Origin: Nitrosopumilus sp.
GTDB taxonomy: Archaea > Thermoproteota > Nitrososphaeria > Nitrososphaerales > Nitrosopumilaceae
NCBI GenBank assembly: GCA_965223425.1
Contig: OZ245003.1
Span: 1,312,001-1,376,000, forward strand
Length of the DNA: 64,000 nt
Direction: 5' to 3'
Shown in pieces: positions 39,742 to 51,504 of the stretch (within the stretch, counting starts at the first letter, position 1; every line of letters starts with the position of its first letter). The notes under the pieces are model-generated. The model was given only the letters and a program-made list of their open reading frames with translations, was not told where the DNA came from and did not search any database. The position numbers were made by a program, and so were the translations under genes.

Positions 39742-40248
39742 CTATGTGGAGACATTGGAATCGATGAAATTCCTGGCAATCTTTGAAAACTTTTTCTCGC
39801 TCATCATTACTGCTTCCGGGTTGCCTGCCCTGAGGGACATCATGAAAGAGTTATGGCCTTTGCTGTTTACCACATCAAAGCTGATGTACTTGTCGCTGCT
39901 ATCATCATATTCGTCTTCAAGGTTTGTGTATCCAATGATCTTGCCATTGATGATGTTCCTCTTGCATTTGAGGGCGTGAGATAATCCGTATGCTACGATA
40001 AATTCAAACGGTTTGCCGTGTACGCTGACGTAGTATGTGTCAGGCATTATCATGTGGTATTCATAGCAGGAGTATGGACCAAAGTTGATAGTATAGTCTG
40101 TCGTTCTGACCTTGCTTTCTTTGCCGGTGCGGAAAGGAATGCTGTCTGGCCGCGTAATGTCGCCTGGAGACCTGGTATCAGGCATCGTCCCTTGTTTTTC
40201 AATATGTATGTCACATTTGTCAAAAAACTCTCGGTATTTTTTATCCAT
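39742..40248 (-). CDS. Hypothetical protein
   Basis: ORF track (alternative ATG at 40296 overlaps a MITE-type end). Confidence 0.6.
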   Translation of the reverse strand: MDKKYREFFDKCDIHIEKQGTMPDTRSPGDITRPDSIPFRTGKESKVRTTDYTINFGPYSCYEYHMIMPDTYYVSVHGKPFEFIVAYGLSHALKCKRNIINGKIIGYTNLEDEYDDSSDKYISFDVVNSKGHNSFMMSLRAGNPEAVMMSEKKFSKIARNFIDSNVST

Positions 40249-40400
40249 CGTGACTCGTGTGGAATTTTTTTTCTTTATAATGTTTTTTAAATACATCAGC
40301 TAAGCGAAAAATGCTCTAATTCAGGCCAAATCGGCTACAAAATGCAAACAGATCAATGAGCCACTCTTTCCTCTTTTTCCTAGCGTTTTTACCGAATTTA

Positions 40401-41405
40401 TCATGTCTGCTTCCCTCTAGTTTTTACGGCTCTGTTTGCCGCCATACTGTTACATTTTTTAGACGCATCCATGGCGTGCTTGACACACTCTAGTATGATA
40501 TCATGGTTTTCAGGAACAATCCGAATTCTCCTTTCGGATTTGAAGAACCATCTTTTTACCTCACGAATACTCTCATCGTCGATGTCAAAGTCTTCTGGCT
40601 CACATCTGAATGCCAGTGTTGCCGTTTTTTTATTCATTATGATGAACGCAAATGCAGTCTTGCTCATTCCTGTGCCTATGCTTAACTTATACCATCTATT
40701 CTGTGCATGTCCACTACATTCTGTATTTTTCGTTATTGTCTCAATAAGTTCCATTACGGTCTTTCTGTTACTGTCCTCTGCCGTATCCAATCTATCTTGC
40801 CAAGTGGATATCATGCCACCTACATCATCTACATCATCTTCATCATCTTCTATGTTGCCTACAACTACATTTGTATTTACCAACTGTTTACCGTTATTTT
40901 CATAAAACTTTATCTCGACGCATCTAACTTTGATTCCATTTGTGTCCAAATACTTGCACATATCTTTAGTTTTATCATCAAACTCTTTTGCGACAATGTA
41001 CAGTTCTTGGCTCTGGTTGAAACCATCCGGGGCATTTTTGAATTCTGATTCGAATCTCTTATACAGGTCTTGATGGGCGCCTAGGTGGTGTTTCTTTGCA
41101 ATGTTGTTCAATTCGTCGTAACTGCGATATTTTGTCCACACGGCATATTCAAGAATCTGTGATACCGTATCGCGTGGAGCAAGTCCCTTTTTTATTTCAA
41201 TTATGATAATGTCTCCTTTCCTATCAATACCCATAAGATCTATTATGCCTTTATCTTTTGTCTGGATCTGCCGTCCTATTATGATGATGTCTGTTTTCAG
41301 TACTTTTGGATGCTTTTCCAAAAAGTCCTCTATGTCCTTCTCCTTGTTTGCGGTAGTCTCTTTATACTCTGTCGTATCTCCGCCATCAATATTGTGTATT
41401 CCCAT
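40401..41405 (-). CDS. NucS/DUF91-like PD-(D/E)XK endonuclease with extra C-terminal domain
   Basis: EKDIED...IGRQ...IDLMGID...IIEIK...QILEY. Confidence 0.85.
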   Translation of the reverse strand: MGIHNIDGGDTTEYKETTANKEKDIEDFLEKHPKVLKTDIIIIGRQIQTKDKGIIDLMGIDRKGDIIIIEIKKGLAPRDTVSQILEYAVWTKYRSYDELNNIAKKHHLGAHQDLYKRFESEFKNAPDGFNQSQELYIVAKEFDDKTKDMCKYLDTNGIKVRCVEIKFYENNGKQLVNTNVVVGNIEDDEDDVDDVGGMISTWQDRLDTAEDSNRKTVMELIETITKNTECSGHAQNRWYKLSIGTGMSKTAFAFIIMNKKTATLAFRCEPEDFDIDDESIREVKRWFFKSERRIRIVPENHDIILECVKHAMDASKKCNSMAANRAVKTRGKQT

Positions 41406-41502
41406 GAGACAACTGACTATGGCAACATAATAAATTATTCTTTATTGTATAGATAATTGGAGCCAGTTTTTTGTGAAAAGAGAAACGTCAAGGAACCCAC
41501 AT

Positions 41503-41641
41503 CTAGAATGTCTTCATCAGATACTGGGTCATCTTCTCATTCATCTCTGAGACTTTCTGGATGGCTTGTGCAAAAGCTCCCTGGCTTAGCTGGCTGTATT
41601 TGTTATTGTAGTTATTTCCATAACTGTTGCTATAATTACTG
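41503..41641 (-). pseudogene. Chimeric relic of a diverged second copy of the nuclease + DUF2299-like cassette
   Basis: 41503-41592 resembles 42554-42643; 41593-41641 resembles about 43420-43468. Confidence 0.75.
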
Positions 41642-41649
41642 GGAAATCT

Positions 41650-42465
41650 TCACGTATTTTCTTGCACTTTGTCAAGCAAGTTGCGCTTTCTTGTCTCAAA
41701 TTCCGACTCTGAGATAATGCCCATTCCCATAAGGTCGTACCATCTCCTGATCTTCTTGATTATTTCATCATCGCTTGCTTTTGACTCGTACTTTATCTTG
41801 GATGCCATGACTCCTATGTTGTCGGCCCCTTTGTCACCTGCCTCCTTTATCTTGGATGCCATGACTCCTATGTTGTCGGCCCCTTTGTCACCTGCCTCCT
41901 TGATCTTTGATGCGACATTTGACATGCCATCAGCTGTTTTGTTGCCGTATTTTTTCAGTTTCTCCCTTATCTCGTAACTGTGTTTGTCTTTGTCGCGTCT
42001 TGCATTTTTCCATTCCTTTTTGGACTTGTATCCAAAATTCTCCAAGTTGTATGATGTAGTCCACTTGAACATGGAATAAATCACCAGTGCGATGGAGCCT
42101 ATGTATATGACTAGATCGTATACAACCAATATTGAATAGGACAAGACAAAAGCCAGATCTTCAGAGTAAACGGCATCAGGCAACAGGCCACCTATGAGCG
42201 GTACGATAACATCCATCTCAATTTCTGCAGAAAATAAAAAATCTGTAAGATCAGACGCGTTGCTGGGATTAAAACCATAATACAGCAAACCGTCTATGAT
42301 GAACCAGACAACAATGAATATGGAGAAAATCGGAATCCACCTGCGCGTTTTTTTCATTTTCTGGGTCCAGAGCAATGCGAGGATTGTAGGCGAGAACACA
42401 CATGCCCAAAACCTGCTGACTGGCACTTTGCTGTCTTTTAGATCTGTCTTTGGCGTGTCGTTCAC
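41650..42465 (-). CDS. Membrane protein with 18-aa repeats and C-terminal SHOCT domain
   Basis: TM segments; ASKIKEAGDKGADNIGVM x2; MGIISESEFETRKRNLL. Confidence 0.8.
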   Translation of the reverse strand: MNDTPKTDLKDSKVPVSRFWACVFSPTILALLWTQKMKKTRRWIPIFSIFIVVWFIIDGLLYYGFNPSNASDLTDFLFSAEIEMDVIVPLIGGLLPDAVYSEDLAFVLSYSILVVYDLVIYIGSIALVIYSMFKWTTSYNLENFGYKSKKEWKNARRDKDKHSYEIREKLKKYGNKTADGMSNVASKIKEAGDKGADNIGVMASKIKEAGDKGADNIGVMASKIKYESKASDDEIIKKIRRWYDLMGMGIISESEFETRKRNLLDKVQENT

Positions 42466-42553
42466 TGTTAACCGTCAAAATACAGACAATAAAACAATTT
42501 CTACTGAATTGTTTGCCTCTGACATGATCAGTCAGGCGATCTGGAGACTTTCG

Positions 42554-43000
42554 TCAGAACGTTTTCATCAGGTACCGGATCATCTTCTCACTCATCTCTG
42601 AGACTTTCTGGATGGTTTGTGCAAAATCCCCCTGGTTTAGCTGCTCTTTTTTGTCCAGAACAGCGTACACCCCCACCGTTTTTTTGCCGTTCTCATCTGA
42701 GAACCTGTGCACAGCGCCGATGGCCTTGCAGTATTCTGCGACCCTTCCCTCAAAACTGGCCTTTTGCTGATCTGAGAATTTCAGGAGTCTGGCATTCTGG
42801 TTGTTCTTTAGGGGGCATTTTGCCCCCAGAACAAGTACGTCTGGCTGGCTTTTTGGCTCAAATATCTCCACGGCATTCCCAAAACTGTTGACATGGCTTA
42901 CTGTGATCCTAAATGAATCGCCTTCTGCAGTAGTGTTCTTGAACTTGTAGCTTTCATGAGTCAGCCACCGCTCTACTGCGTCTCTGAGGTTCTGGGCCAT
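42554..43000 (-). CDS. DUF2299-like protein
   Basis: LRDAVERWLTHE.Y.F N-terminus, 148 aa. Confidence 0.6.
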   Translation of the reverse strand: MAQNLRDAVERWLTHESYKFKNTTAEGDSFRITVSHVNSFGNAVEIFEPKSQPDVLVLGAKCPLKNNQNARLLKFSDQQKASFEGRVAEYCKAIGAVHRFSDENGKKTVGVYAVLDKKEQLNQGDFAQTIQKVSEMSEKMIRYLMKTF

Positions 43001-43053
43001 GGTCTGGGTGCTGTCTTGCCCAATATTATGTTGTTTTGGGCTGATAGATTTAT

Positions 43054-43082
43054 AATGTTTCTAAATTCGAGTTTAGAAATAT
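43054..43082. other. 11-6-11 palindromic site, copy 2
   Basis: 28/29 identical to 37157-37185 (central TTCGAG). Confidence 0.6.
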
Positions 43083-43275
43083 ATGTATCATAATGCGTCA
43101 GGGCCACTGGGATCAAAAACATTGCAACAAAAACACGATGATCTCTTCTGCAGCTTATGACAAGCGCTCTATCTCATCAGATCAAATGGATGATTCCTAC
43201 TCTGCCATGGGCAGTTCTGAAAATGAACATGATGGTAAACTTTACAGGATCTCAAGACGGGTTTACACTAGTCTC

Positions 43276-44022
43276 TCAAAATCTTTTTTGTGAAGCACAT
43301 CTTACATGAATCCAATTTGAGTATCTGTCTTGCGCAACTCTGTCTTTACCTGCTGTTATTTTGCGTTTACATATTTTACACACGCTGCTGAACTTTGCCA
43401 TTATTCCTCCATATTGCCGGCTGTATTTGTTATTGTAGTTATTTCTATAACCGTTGCTATAATTACTGTGGCTGTTATCATAACTCTTGCTATGGCTGTC
43501 ATTGTAATCATCTTCATCGTCTACGACATCTGTCAAAGTGTGTGCAAACGAACTTCCTGACATCATGTCCCAATCCATGTCAATATACTCTGGTTTGCTT
43601 AAGATATTCTCTATGTGAAAGACAGCAATCGGTAGGCGTATGTCTGATAGTGTCTTGTATTGATTGTCTGAAAATATTCCCAGCCCCGTCTTTACTTCTG
43701 CCCAGCAGAAATTCTTGGGATGCTGGATTTGTGAAATATCAGCTTGTTCTATCTTACATGCAAGATAATCAAACACAAAACTTGGATTGTGAGAGGAATG
43801 GTTGGATGGTTTGGATATTTGGATAATTTCCGGTCTTATGTGCTTTGGAATGTGGACACGAATCCTCTCAAAACCCATCTTAAAAACAACAGAACCGAGG
43901 TCTTTGCAACCGTATAGATTTTCAAGCGAGCAATATGCCCAACCCCTCTGTGAGCATAGCTCCTTGTAGTATGTCTCACCAAGAGCACCTTTAAGTGATT
44001 TGGTAATTTTTGGGTGTGTCAT
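43276..44022 (-). CDS. PD-(D/E)XK nuclease-like protein with low-complexity linker and C-terminal CxxC...HxxC finger
   Basis: KGALGE, FDYLAC...WAEVKTG, CKIC...HVRC. Confidence 0.7.
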   Translation of the reverse strand: MTHPKITKSLKGALGETYYKELCSQRGWAYCSLENLYGCKDLGSVVFKMGFERIRVHIPKHIRPEIIQISKPSNHSSHNPSFVFDYLACKIEQADISQIQHPKNFCWAEVKTGLGIFSDNQYKTLSDIRLPIAVFHIENILSKPEYIDMDWDMMSGSSFAHTLTDVVDDEDDYNDSHSKSYDNSHSNYSNGYRNNYNNKYSRQYGGIMAKFSSVCKICKRKITAGKDRVAQDRYSNWIHVRCASQKRF

Positions 44023-44100
44023 GTACTATTGGTATCATTGTATCTAAAAATTGTTTCTTGGTGAACCTTTCTTCATACTGCACATTATGGTTATAATATT

Positions 44101-45289
44101 AGACCTGATCTGTAATTACTAACAAAACCTGACGTTTCACCAAACTGATTCCTTGTTACGTCATGGTATCACAACAAAATCTCGCGTCTTCAGCTTGTAG
44201 TTGATCAGGCCGCAGATTATGGCATTGATGCAGTCATACCTGCACAGTCTGTTCCTAAACTTGTCCCTCATTATGCCGAATTTCTTGATCCTTGAGATGA
44301 CATGCTCATCGGTACCCTTGCTCTGGACAGCTCCCGGTTGAATTCCTTCTGCGCATCATCAAGCTTGCCGCCCCTTGGCCTCCTGTGCGGGATCAACACG
44401 TCAAGCTCCGGATAGTCCTTCCGTATCCCCTGATATCCAAGATCCACAAGGATTTTCAGATCTCTTGAAAGTTTTGGGCACTTGCTTGAAGACAGAATAG
44501 TCATGCCTGCCTCCAGCGAGTGCGGCGTCCTGTGCATAATCATGCCGTCTGCGTTTACAACGCACTGTGTCTTGACCGTATGCATCTTCTTTTTGCCCGA
44601 ATAGTGTGTTTTTCTCCTGGACTTGTTCTTGAGCCTTGGAATCTGCTGCTCTGATGCGTCAATGACTGCGTGCAGCCCCGGAAAGGCGCATGCCAGCTCC
44701 CGAATGTCTGATATCTGTCTGGTCTCTGCAAGCTTTTTGTCAGGCAGTGACAGTGCAGACCTTATGGCAGGCTCCATGTATCGTATGCCGGTGCTGACAT
44801 TTGACTGGCTCAGGTCAAAAAGCAGGCTCAGGGGACCCTGTGTGACGTGTGTCCTGTAGTGGATCAGTGCCATCAGGATTCTGTCCCTGCGGCAGTGTTT
44901 GAACCTGCGCCCTGCGCCGATGTCTCGGATTCTGTTATTCCTGTAGAGGCGCTTTTCCTCCGTTATCAGCTAAGCGAAATGTAAACAGAATATTCCTTTT
45001 GTTTTGTTATTAAACATAATTTGAGTCACATTCCATTGTTCTATTCCTATTTTTTGTCCGATTTTTAGTACATTTCGCTTAGCTGATTATCTTATATTGT
45101 GACTTTATCTCCGGGCACAGATCATAAAACTGCTCGGGGGTAACTCCCGTCATGGACAGGAATAATTTTGGTTTTTTTGCCAGCTTTTTGTGGTTTAACA
45201 TGACATGCATGGCATTTTGCCTGTTTTGGATCTTGTTGAGAACAAATATCTGGAAAATGGTAAAATTATGTTAATAACAGATAGGGTCT
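44101..45289 (-). mobile_element. IS5-family (ISL2-like) element, interrupted by a MITE; inverted twin of 59105-60172
   Basis: Ends AGACCTGATCTG / CAGATAGGGTCT; DASEQ, YSGKKK, VDLGY; abuts the CRISPR array. Confidence 0.93.
44966..45086. mobile_element. 121-bp MITE
   Basis: 18-bp TIRs TCAGCTAAGCGAAATGTA; TTA duplication (44963-44965, 45087-45089); absent from the twin IS. Confidence 0.93.
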
Positions 45290-45298
45290 ACTGATTCC

Positions 45299-48200
45299 GT
45301 TTCAATCTTTGTTGTATTAGAATTTCTTTTAGACTCTATTTCGGCGGGGATTACACCTAACTCCTGTTGTTTCAATCTTTGTTGTATTAGAATTTCTTTT
45401 AGACAGACTAAAGACAATACCTATCAAGAAAAAAACAAAGTGTTTCAATCTTTGTTGTATTAGAATTTCTTTTAGACTGCCCACGTTGATGTGATGTGCC
45501 CTGTTACGGCTAGTTTCAATCTTTGTTGTATTAGAATTTCTTTTAGACCTAGGTATATGGAATTGTTACGAAAATATGATTCCTATGTTTCAATCTTTGT
45601 TGTATTAGAATTTCTTTTAGACTGAATAAGTAGAGTTTATATATTATCCTGAAAATAGTTTCAATCTTTGTTGTATTAGAATTTCTTTTAGACTCATTCA
45701 TACTCCATTGACTTCGTTCGCTTCCACTGTTTCAATCTTTGTTGTATTAGAATTTCTTTTAGACTGTGATAGTATCACAATCCTGACGATCTGTGATACG
45801 TTTCAATCTTTGTTGTATTAGAATTTCTTTTAGACTATGTTACGGTTCTTGCCTCGGTATCGCGCAGAAGTTTCAATCTTTGTTGTATTAGAATTTCTTT
45901 TAGACCGAAAAAATCCAAAATATGAGGGGACCCTATAATGTGTTTCAATCTTTGTTGTATTAGAATTTCTTTTAGACGGGAAGGTTACAGACAGACTAGA
46001 CAAATATTTGAAGTTTCAATCTTTGTTGTATTAGAATTTCTTTTAGACTTACCTTCAAGCTCAACACCTCAACACGCTTTTGTGAGTTTCAATCTTTGTT
46101 GTATTAGAATTTCTTTTAGACGGTGCTGTAGAGCTTATTCAGGAATGGAGTAACGAGTTTCAATCTTTGTTGTATTAGAATTTCTTTTAGACAGACTATT
46201 TTAGGTCAGTTTACAGCAAATGACATGTTTCAATCTTTGTTGTATTAGAATTTCTTTTAGACTTCTATCAAACACCGTTCCCTCTCTCTCAAGATTGTTT
46301 CAATCTTTGTTGTATTAGAATTTCTTTTAGACTATGCGAGGATTTATAACCTCGACCTTAATTATTAAGTTTCAATCTTTGTTGTATTAGAATTTCTTTT
46401 AGACTCAGTCATGGTTCAATATTGTAGACTTGATACTAGTTTCAATCTTTGTTGTATTAGAATTTCTTTTAGACCACACATTGCATATTAACCTTTCAAA
46501 CGATAACTGTTTCAATCTTTGTTGTATTAGAATTTCTTTTAGACAAAACCTATTTTGTAACTTTACATTTTAGGATATTTCGTTTCAATCTTTGTTGTAT
46601 TAGAATTTCTTTTAGACATAGTCGTAGACTATATTAAGTCAGCGGGGGGGGGGTGTTTCAATCTTTGTTGTATTAGAATTTCTTTTAGACAGTCAAGTAT
46701 CGTTGTCTCTGATGAATCAAGTGAAAGTTTCAATCTTTGTTGTATTAGAATTTCTTTTAGACTGCGTTGTTTGTTGGGTTTGGAGCAGCGCTTAGTTTGT
46801 TTCAATCTTTGTTGTATTAGAATTTCTTTTAGACATCATCTGAAATAAATTGAGTTCTATGACTGTGAATGTTTCAATCTTTGTTGTATTAGAATTTCTT
46901 TTAGACATAAAGGAACATCAGGAGATATACAACCAGAAAAAAGTTTCAATCTTTGTTGTATTAGAATTTCTTTTAGACGGAGGACAAGGAGGACGATCTT
47001 AACTCAGTCCTCCGGTTTCAATCTTTGTTGTATTAGAATTTCTTTTAGACTTTCTGAGAAGTATCTTAGCAGGGTCAGAAAGAAGTTTCAATCTTTGTTG
47101 TATTAGAATTTCTTTTAGACTATGATAGTGTGAACGAAAGAGTTACCAGAGTAAAGTTTCAATCTTTGTTGTATTAGAATTTCTTTTAGACCAAGTGTTC
47201 TGCCGGACTGTTCGTTGAACATGAGGTGTTTCAATCTTTGTTGTATTAGAATTTCTTTTAGACACATTATCAACGCCCCAACTGCCCAACACTACGTTCA
47301 GTTTCAATCTTTGTTGTATTAGAATTTCTTTTAGACCTGATATGCCGACAGAACATCCCTTGTGAATCCGTGTTTCAATCTTTGTTGTATTAGAATTTCT
47401 TTTAGACAAAATTCGGATCTGACAACAACAAACCGCTGTCATAGTTTCAATCTTTGTTGTATTAGAATTTCTTTTAGACTCTAAGGTTACCGTCTGTCTC
47501 ATCAAATCCCCAGTGTTTCAATCTTTGTTGTATTAGAATTTCTTTTAGACTGGCTCACGCCAGAGGCAATGACGTCATATCTGATGTTTCAATCTTTGTT
47601 GTATTAGAATTTCTTTTAGACTGATCAGTTTCCTTTTTAGTGTCTGGATGTCCCCATGTTTCAATCTTTGTTGTATTAGAATTTCTTTTAGACTAGAACC
47701 TATTTGCTAGACGTCATTGATGACGATATGTTTCAATCTTTGTTGTATTAGAATTTCTTTTAGACCCACCAGGAGGAGGTTTTGACGTAACGGGGCTATG
47801 TTTCAATCTTTGTTGTATTAGAATTTCTTTTAGACCAAAGGGGGGGGGATAGCCCGATTGTGGCGCTCTGTTTCAATCTTTGTTGTATTAGAATTTCTTT
47901 TAGACCGTCACCCGTGGCCGTCAGGATTGTATCTGTCTTGTTGGTTTCAATCTTTGTTGTATTAGAATTTCTTTTAGACAAAAAATCCAAGATGATCTAA
48001 TTTTGTCAAAGTTACGGTTTCAATCTTTGTTGTATTAGAATTTCTTTTAGACATCCAGTTCTAGTCTTAGCTGCTGTTTGTCATTGCGTTTCAATCTTTG
48101 TTGTATTAGAATTTCTTTTAGACTTACCTTTACAGTTACAATTTCATTGTCCAGTGAAAAGTTTCAATCTTTGTTGTATTAGAATTTCTTTTAGACATTC

Positions 48201-50540
48201 AGATGGGCAAGTCATGTCTGCAAATTATTCAAGGTTTCAATCTTTGTTGTATTAGAATTTCTTTTAGACTTTCCGCAATATGATCAATCAAACTGCCCGA
48301 TGTGGTTTCAATCTTTGTTGTATTAGAATTTCTTTTAGACTTACTGCGAGTGGTGTTGTACTTGCACCATTTAAGTTTCAATCTTTGTTGTATTAGAATT
48401 TCTTTTAGACCATGTCATACTATACCAAAACAGCCACTGCATATGTTTCAATCTTTGTTGTATTAGAATTTCTTTTAGACTACCGGATCTAAGTGAATGG
48501 TTCCATTGGTTGTTGTTTCAATCTTTGTTGTATTAGAATTTCTTTTAGACGGAATGACCATAAAATTAGACAATATTTCAGAGATGTTTCAATCTTTGTT
48601 GTATTAGAATTTCTTTTAGACATACAGAGTAGGCAGATTATAATGCCGATTGGAGGTTTCAATCTTTGTTGTATTAGAATTTCTTTTAGACGAAAAATTG
48701 ACCTGCTAATGGTTGACCCGCCGTAGTTTCAATCTTTGTTGTATTAGAATTTCTTTTAGACAAACTGGTTGTCAAAGACAAAACCGCTGCATATGAGTTT
48801 CAATCTTTGTTGTATTAGAATTTCTTTTAGACCTATAGAGTGCGTCTCTCTTAGCACTGATGCCCCGTTTCAATCTTTGTTGTATTAGAATTTCTTTTAG
48901 ACTGAAAGTAGTCAACTCCTGCGTTTGGTTCTGTACTCAGTTTCAATCTTTGTTGTATTAGAATTTCTTTTAGACTTCACACTTGGCGTCCCCTAACGTT
49001 TCATTTGTTTGTTTCAATCTTTGTTGTATTAGAATTTCTTTTAGACTTATTGCAACTATATAGAAACTGATCAGAGTTATTATGTTTCAATCTTTGTTGT
49101 ATTAGAATTTCTTTTAGACTCTCACTTCATAGATTTGTAAGTGCATGTATGACCTGTTTCAATCTTTGTTGTATTAGAATTTCTTTTAGACTCTCGATCG
49201 TCCTGATACACCCGTATACATGACAGTTTCAATCTTTGTTGTATTAGAATTTCTTTTAGACATAAAAGCCCAGAGAGCCAAAGCAATAACAGGCCTTGTT
49301 TCAATCTTTGTTGTATTAGAATTTCTTTTAGACTTCAGATCAGAGGACAGACAGGGATTCAGTTCTATGTTTCAATCTTTGTTGTATTAGAATTTCTTTT
49401 AGACGGATTATCATCAATTCTTGACCACTTGCTTGACTCGTGTTTCAATCTTTGTTGTATTAGAATTTCTTTTAGACTGAATAAATTGCCATTTTGATTC
49501 ACCCATTCTTCGTTTCAATCTTTGTTGTATTAGAATTTCTTTTAGACAGTACACCAGGTTGAAAACTGTTTACAGGTGAATAGTTTCAATCTTTGTTGTA
49601 TTAGAATTTCTTTTAGACTTGCTGATATGCTGTTAATATTTTGTGGGCAATCAGTTTCAATCTTTGTTGTATTAGAATTTCTTTTAGACTATCTCCAGCG
49701 AAATGATCAGGAGCGTGCAAAGTGTTTCAATCTTTGTTGTATTAGAATTTCTTTTAGACCATAGCAGGAGACAGCATCAGTTATCTATCCACAAGTTTCA
49801 ATCTTTGTTGTATTAGAATTTCTTTTAGACCAAAGAATTGACCTCTAGACATCCCAGCGATTACGTTTCAATCTTTGTTGTATTAGAATTTCTTTTAGAC
49901 ATGAAAAAGCCGGACGGATTGGACGGCTCGCCGGACGTTTCAATCTTTGTTGTATTAGAATTTCTTTTAGACTGACCTGATGTTAATTGATGTTAGACTG
50001 GTTAAGGTTTCAATCTTTGTTGTATTAGAATTTCTTTTAGACAGTCGACTGCATTGTAAAAAAAATAACGGAGTGTAAGTTTCAATCTTTGTTGTATTAG
50101 AATTTCTTTTAGACTCTTGCGGTGGGTCCAGCCGTTTTCGGACTCAAAAGTTTCAATCTTTGTTGTATTAGAATTTCTTTTAGACTGGTTCATGTTATCA
50201 GAATATCCACACACGTATAAGTTTCAATCTTTGTTGTATTAGAATTTCTTTTAGACCAAACGGATTTTTTCGCGTAGCGCCCAGTGATTTTAGTTTCAAT
50301 CTTTGTTGTATTAGAATTTCTTTTAGACCCAGCTATGATGGCTAAACTCACTCGCATCCAAAGTTTCAATCTTTGTTGTATTAGAATTTCTTTTAGACCA
50401 TAATATGTTCAGCCTCTCCGCGCATGCAACGTGAGTTTCAATCTTTGTTGTATTAGAATTTCTTTTAGACCATATCTTGTGGAGACTGACGTGCAAAGTG
50501 TGACGTTTCAATCTTTGTTGTATTAGAATTTCTTTTAGAC
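45299..50540 (-). CRISPR. CRISPR array, about 74 repeats of 36 bp and about 73 spacers of roughly 33-38 bp; leader-distal end truncated by IS
   Basis: Repeat (- strand) GTCTAAAAGAAATTCTAATACAACAAAGATTGAAAC with the ATTGAAAC handle; counted by eye. Confidence 0.98.
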
Positions 50541-50622
50541 AGTCCAATTTTTTGCCTCTTTTCCTTATTTGGAGTTAATTTTCTTCCGCATTTATTTGCT
50601 GAACCACCGTGTTTAAAAATTA
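50541..50622 (-). promoter_or_regulatory. CRISPR leader
   Basis: AT-rich non-coding stretch between cas4 and the first repeat, with a TTTTTAAA box on the - strand. Confidence 0.75.
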
Positions 50623-51207
50623 TTATTGACTATTTAATGAACCTATATCGCAGATTTTTCTATAACAGCAGTTTACACATCTTCGATCGTAATATGATTC
50701 TGGTGAAATTCCTGTGTTGATGATGTTCTTTGTCTCATGTAACATCCTGATCGCATAATCTTTAATGTCCTTATCTATATTCACATGTATTTTTACACGT
50801 TTATTGTTTTTTGTAAAGTATACGTATGCGTAATATACTGGTTTGTGCAAATTCTCTTCTAAAAGTACAGATAGAAGACCAAGCTGCACACGTAGGCTGT
50901 CATGTATCTTGCTGTAATTTGTATACTTTCGTTCAATTAGGACAATTTGATCTACTGTCTCTACCGCATGATCTACTATACCAACAAAGCCATGCTTTTT
51001 AGAGTATAGTTTTTGCGATGTAATCTTTGTACCTATCAGCCCCTCTGGAACAAAACTCTTGTTTGTTTTCTCCGATGTCCAATGATGTCTTTTGCCGGAC
51101 TGAACAGTGCCTCTCTTTTCTTCATATTGTTCTAATCCCATTACATGCCCATAGTACGTAAACTTTGGACAGAACACATTTTCAACTACTGTTGTGACTG
51201 ACATCAT
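50623..51207 (-). CDS. cas4: CRISPR-associated exonuclease Cas4
   Basis: FCPK, GIVD...IERK, CVNCCYRKIC. Confidence 0.93.
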   Translation of the reverse strand: MMSVTTVVENVFCPKFTYYGHVMGLEQYEEKRGTVQSGKRHHWTSEKTNKSFVPEGLIGTKITSQKLYSKKHGFVGIVDHAVETVDQIVLIERKYTNYSKIHDSLRVQLGLLSVLLEENLHKPVYYAYVYFTKNNKRVKIHVNIDKDIKDYAIRMLHETKNIINTGISPESYYDRRCVNCCYRKICDIGSLNSQ

Positions 51208-51210
51208 GGT

Positions 51211-51504
51211 CTAAAACACCATGGATGGCCTCTTTCCCTGTGCATATTGCGCATCAAAATCCCTGCCTACCGTGATCATCTTTCCAAAACATAGATTGCA
51301 GCTCATTATGAGATAAAACGAATCTGTCTCCTGATTTATTGCCTGTCTTATCTTCTCTATCATATCCTTTTTTTGCTGGTTTGAGATGTTGCCACAAAAC
51401 ACGCTTTTTTGTATTCTTATCAACCCTGCATCCTTGAGAACCTGAATCGTGGATTCGCGTGTGTTGTTGTCTGTTATATCATATGTGGCATAATACATAG
51501 TCAT
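51211..51504 (-). CDS. cas2: Cas2
   Basis: YDIT...RIQKSVF. Confidence 0.95.
   Translation of the reverse strand: MTMYYATYDITDNNTRESTIQVLKDAGLIRIQKSVFCGNISNQQKKDMIEKIRQAINQETDSFYLIMSCNLCFGKMITVGRDFDAQYAQGKRPSMVF

Noticed and set aside
45938-50547. ORFs called inside the CRISPR array
   Set aside because: Translations of repeats and spacers (recurrent SKRNSNTTKIET / LKEILIQQRLK).
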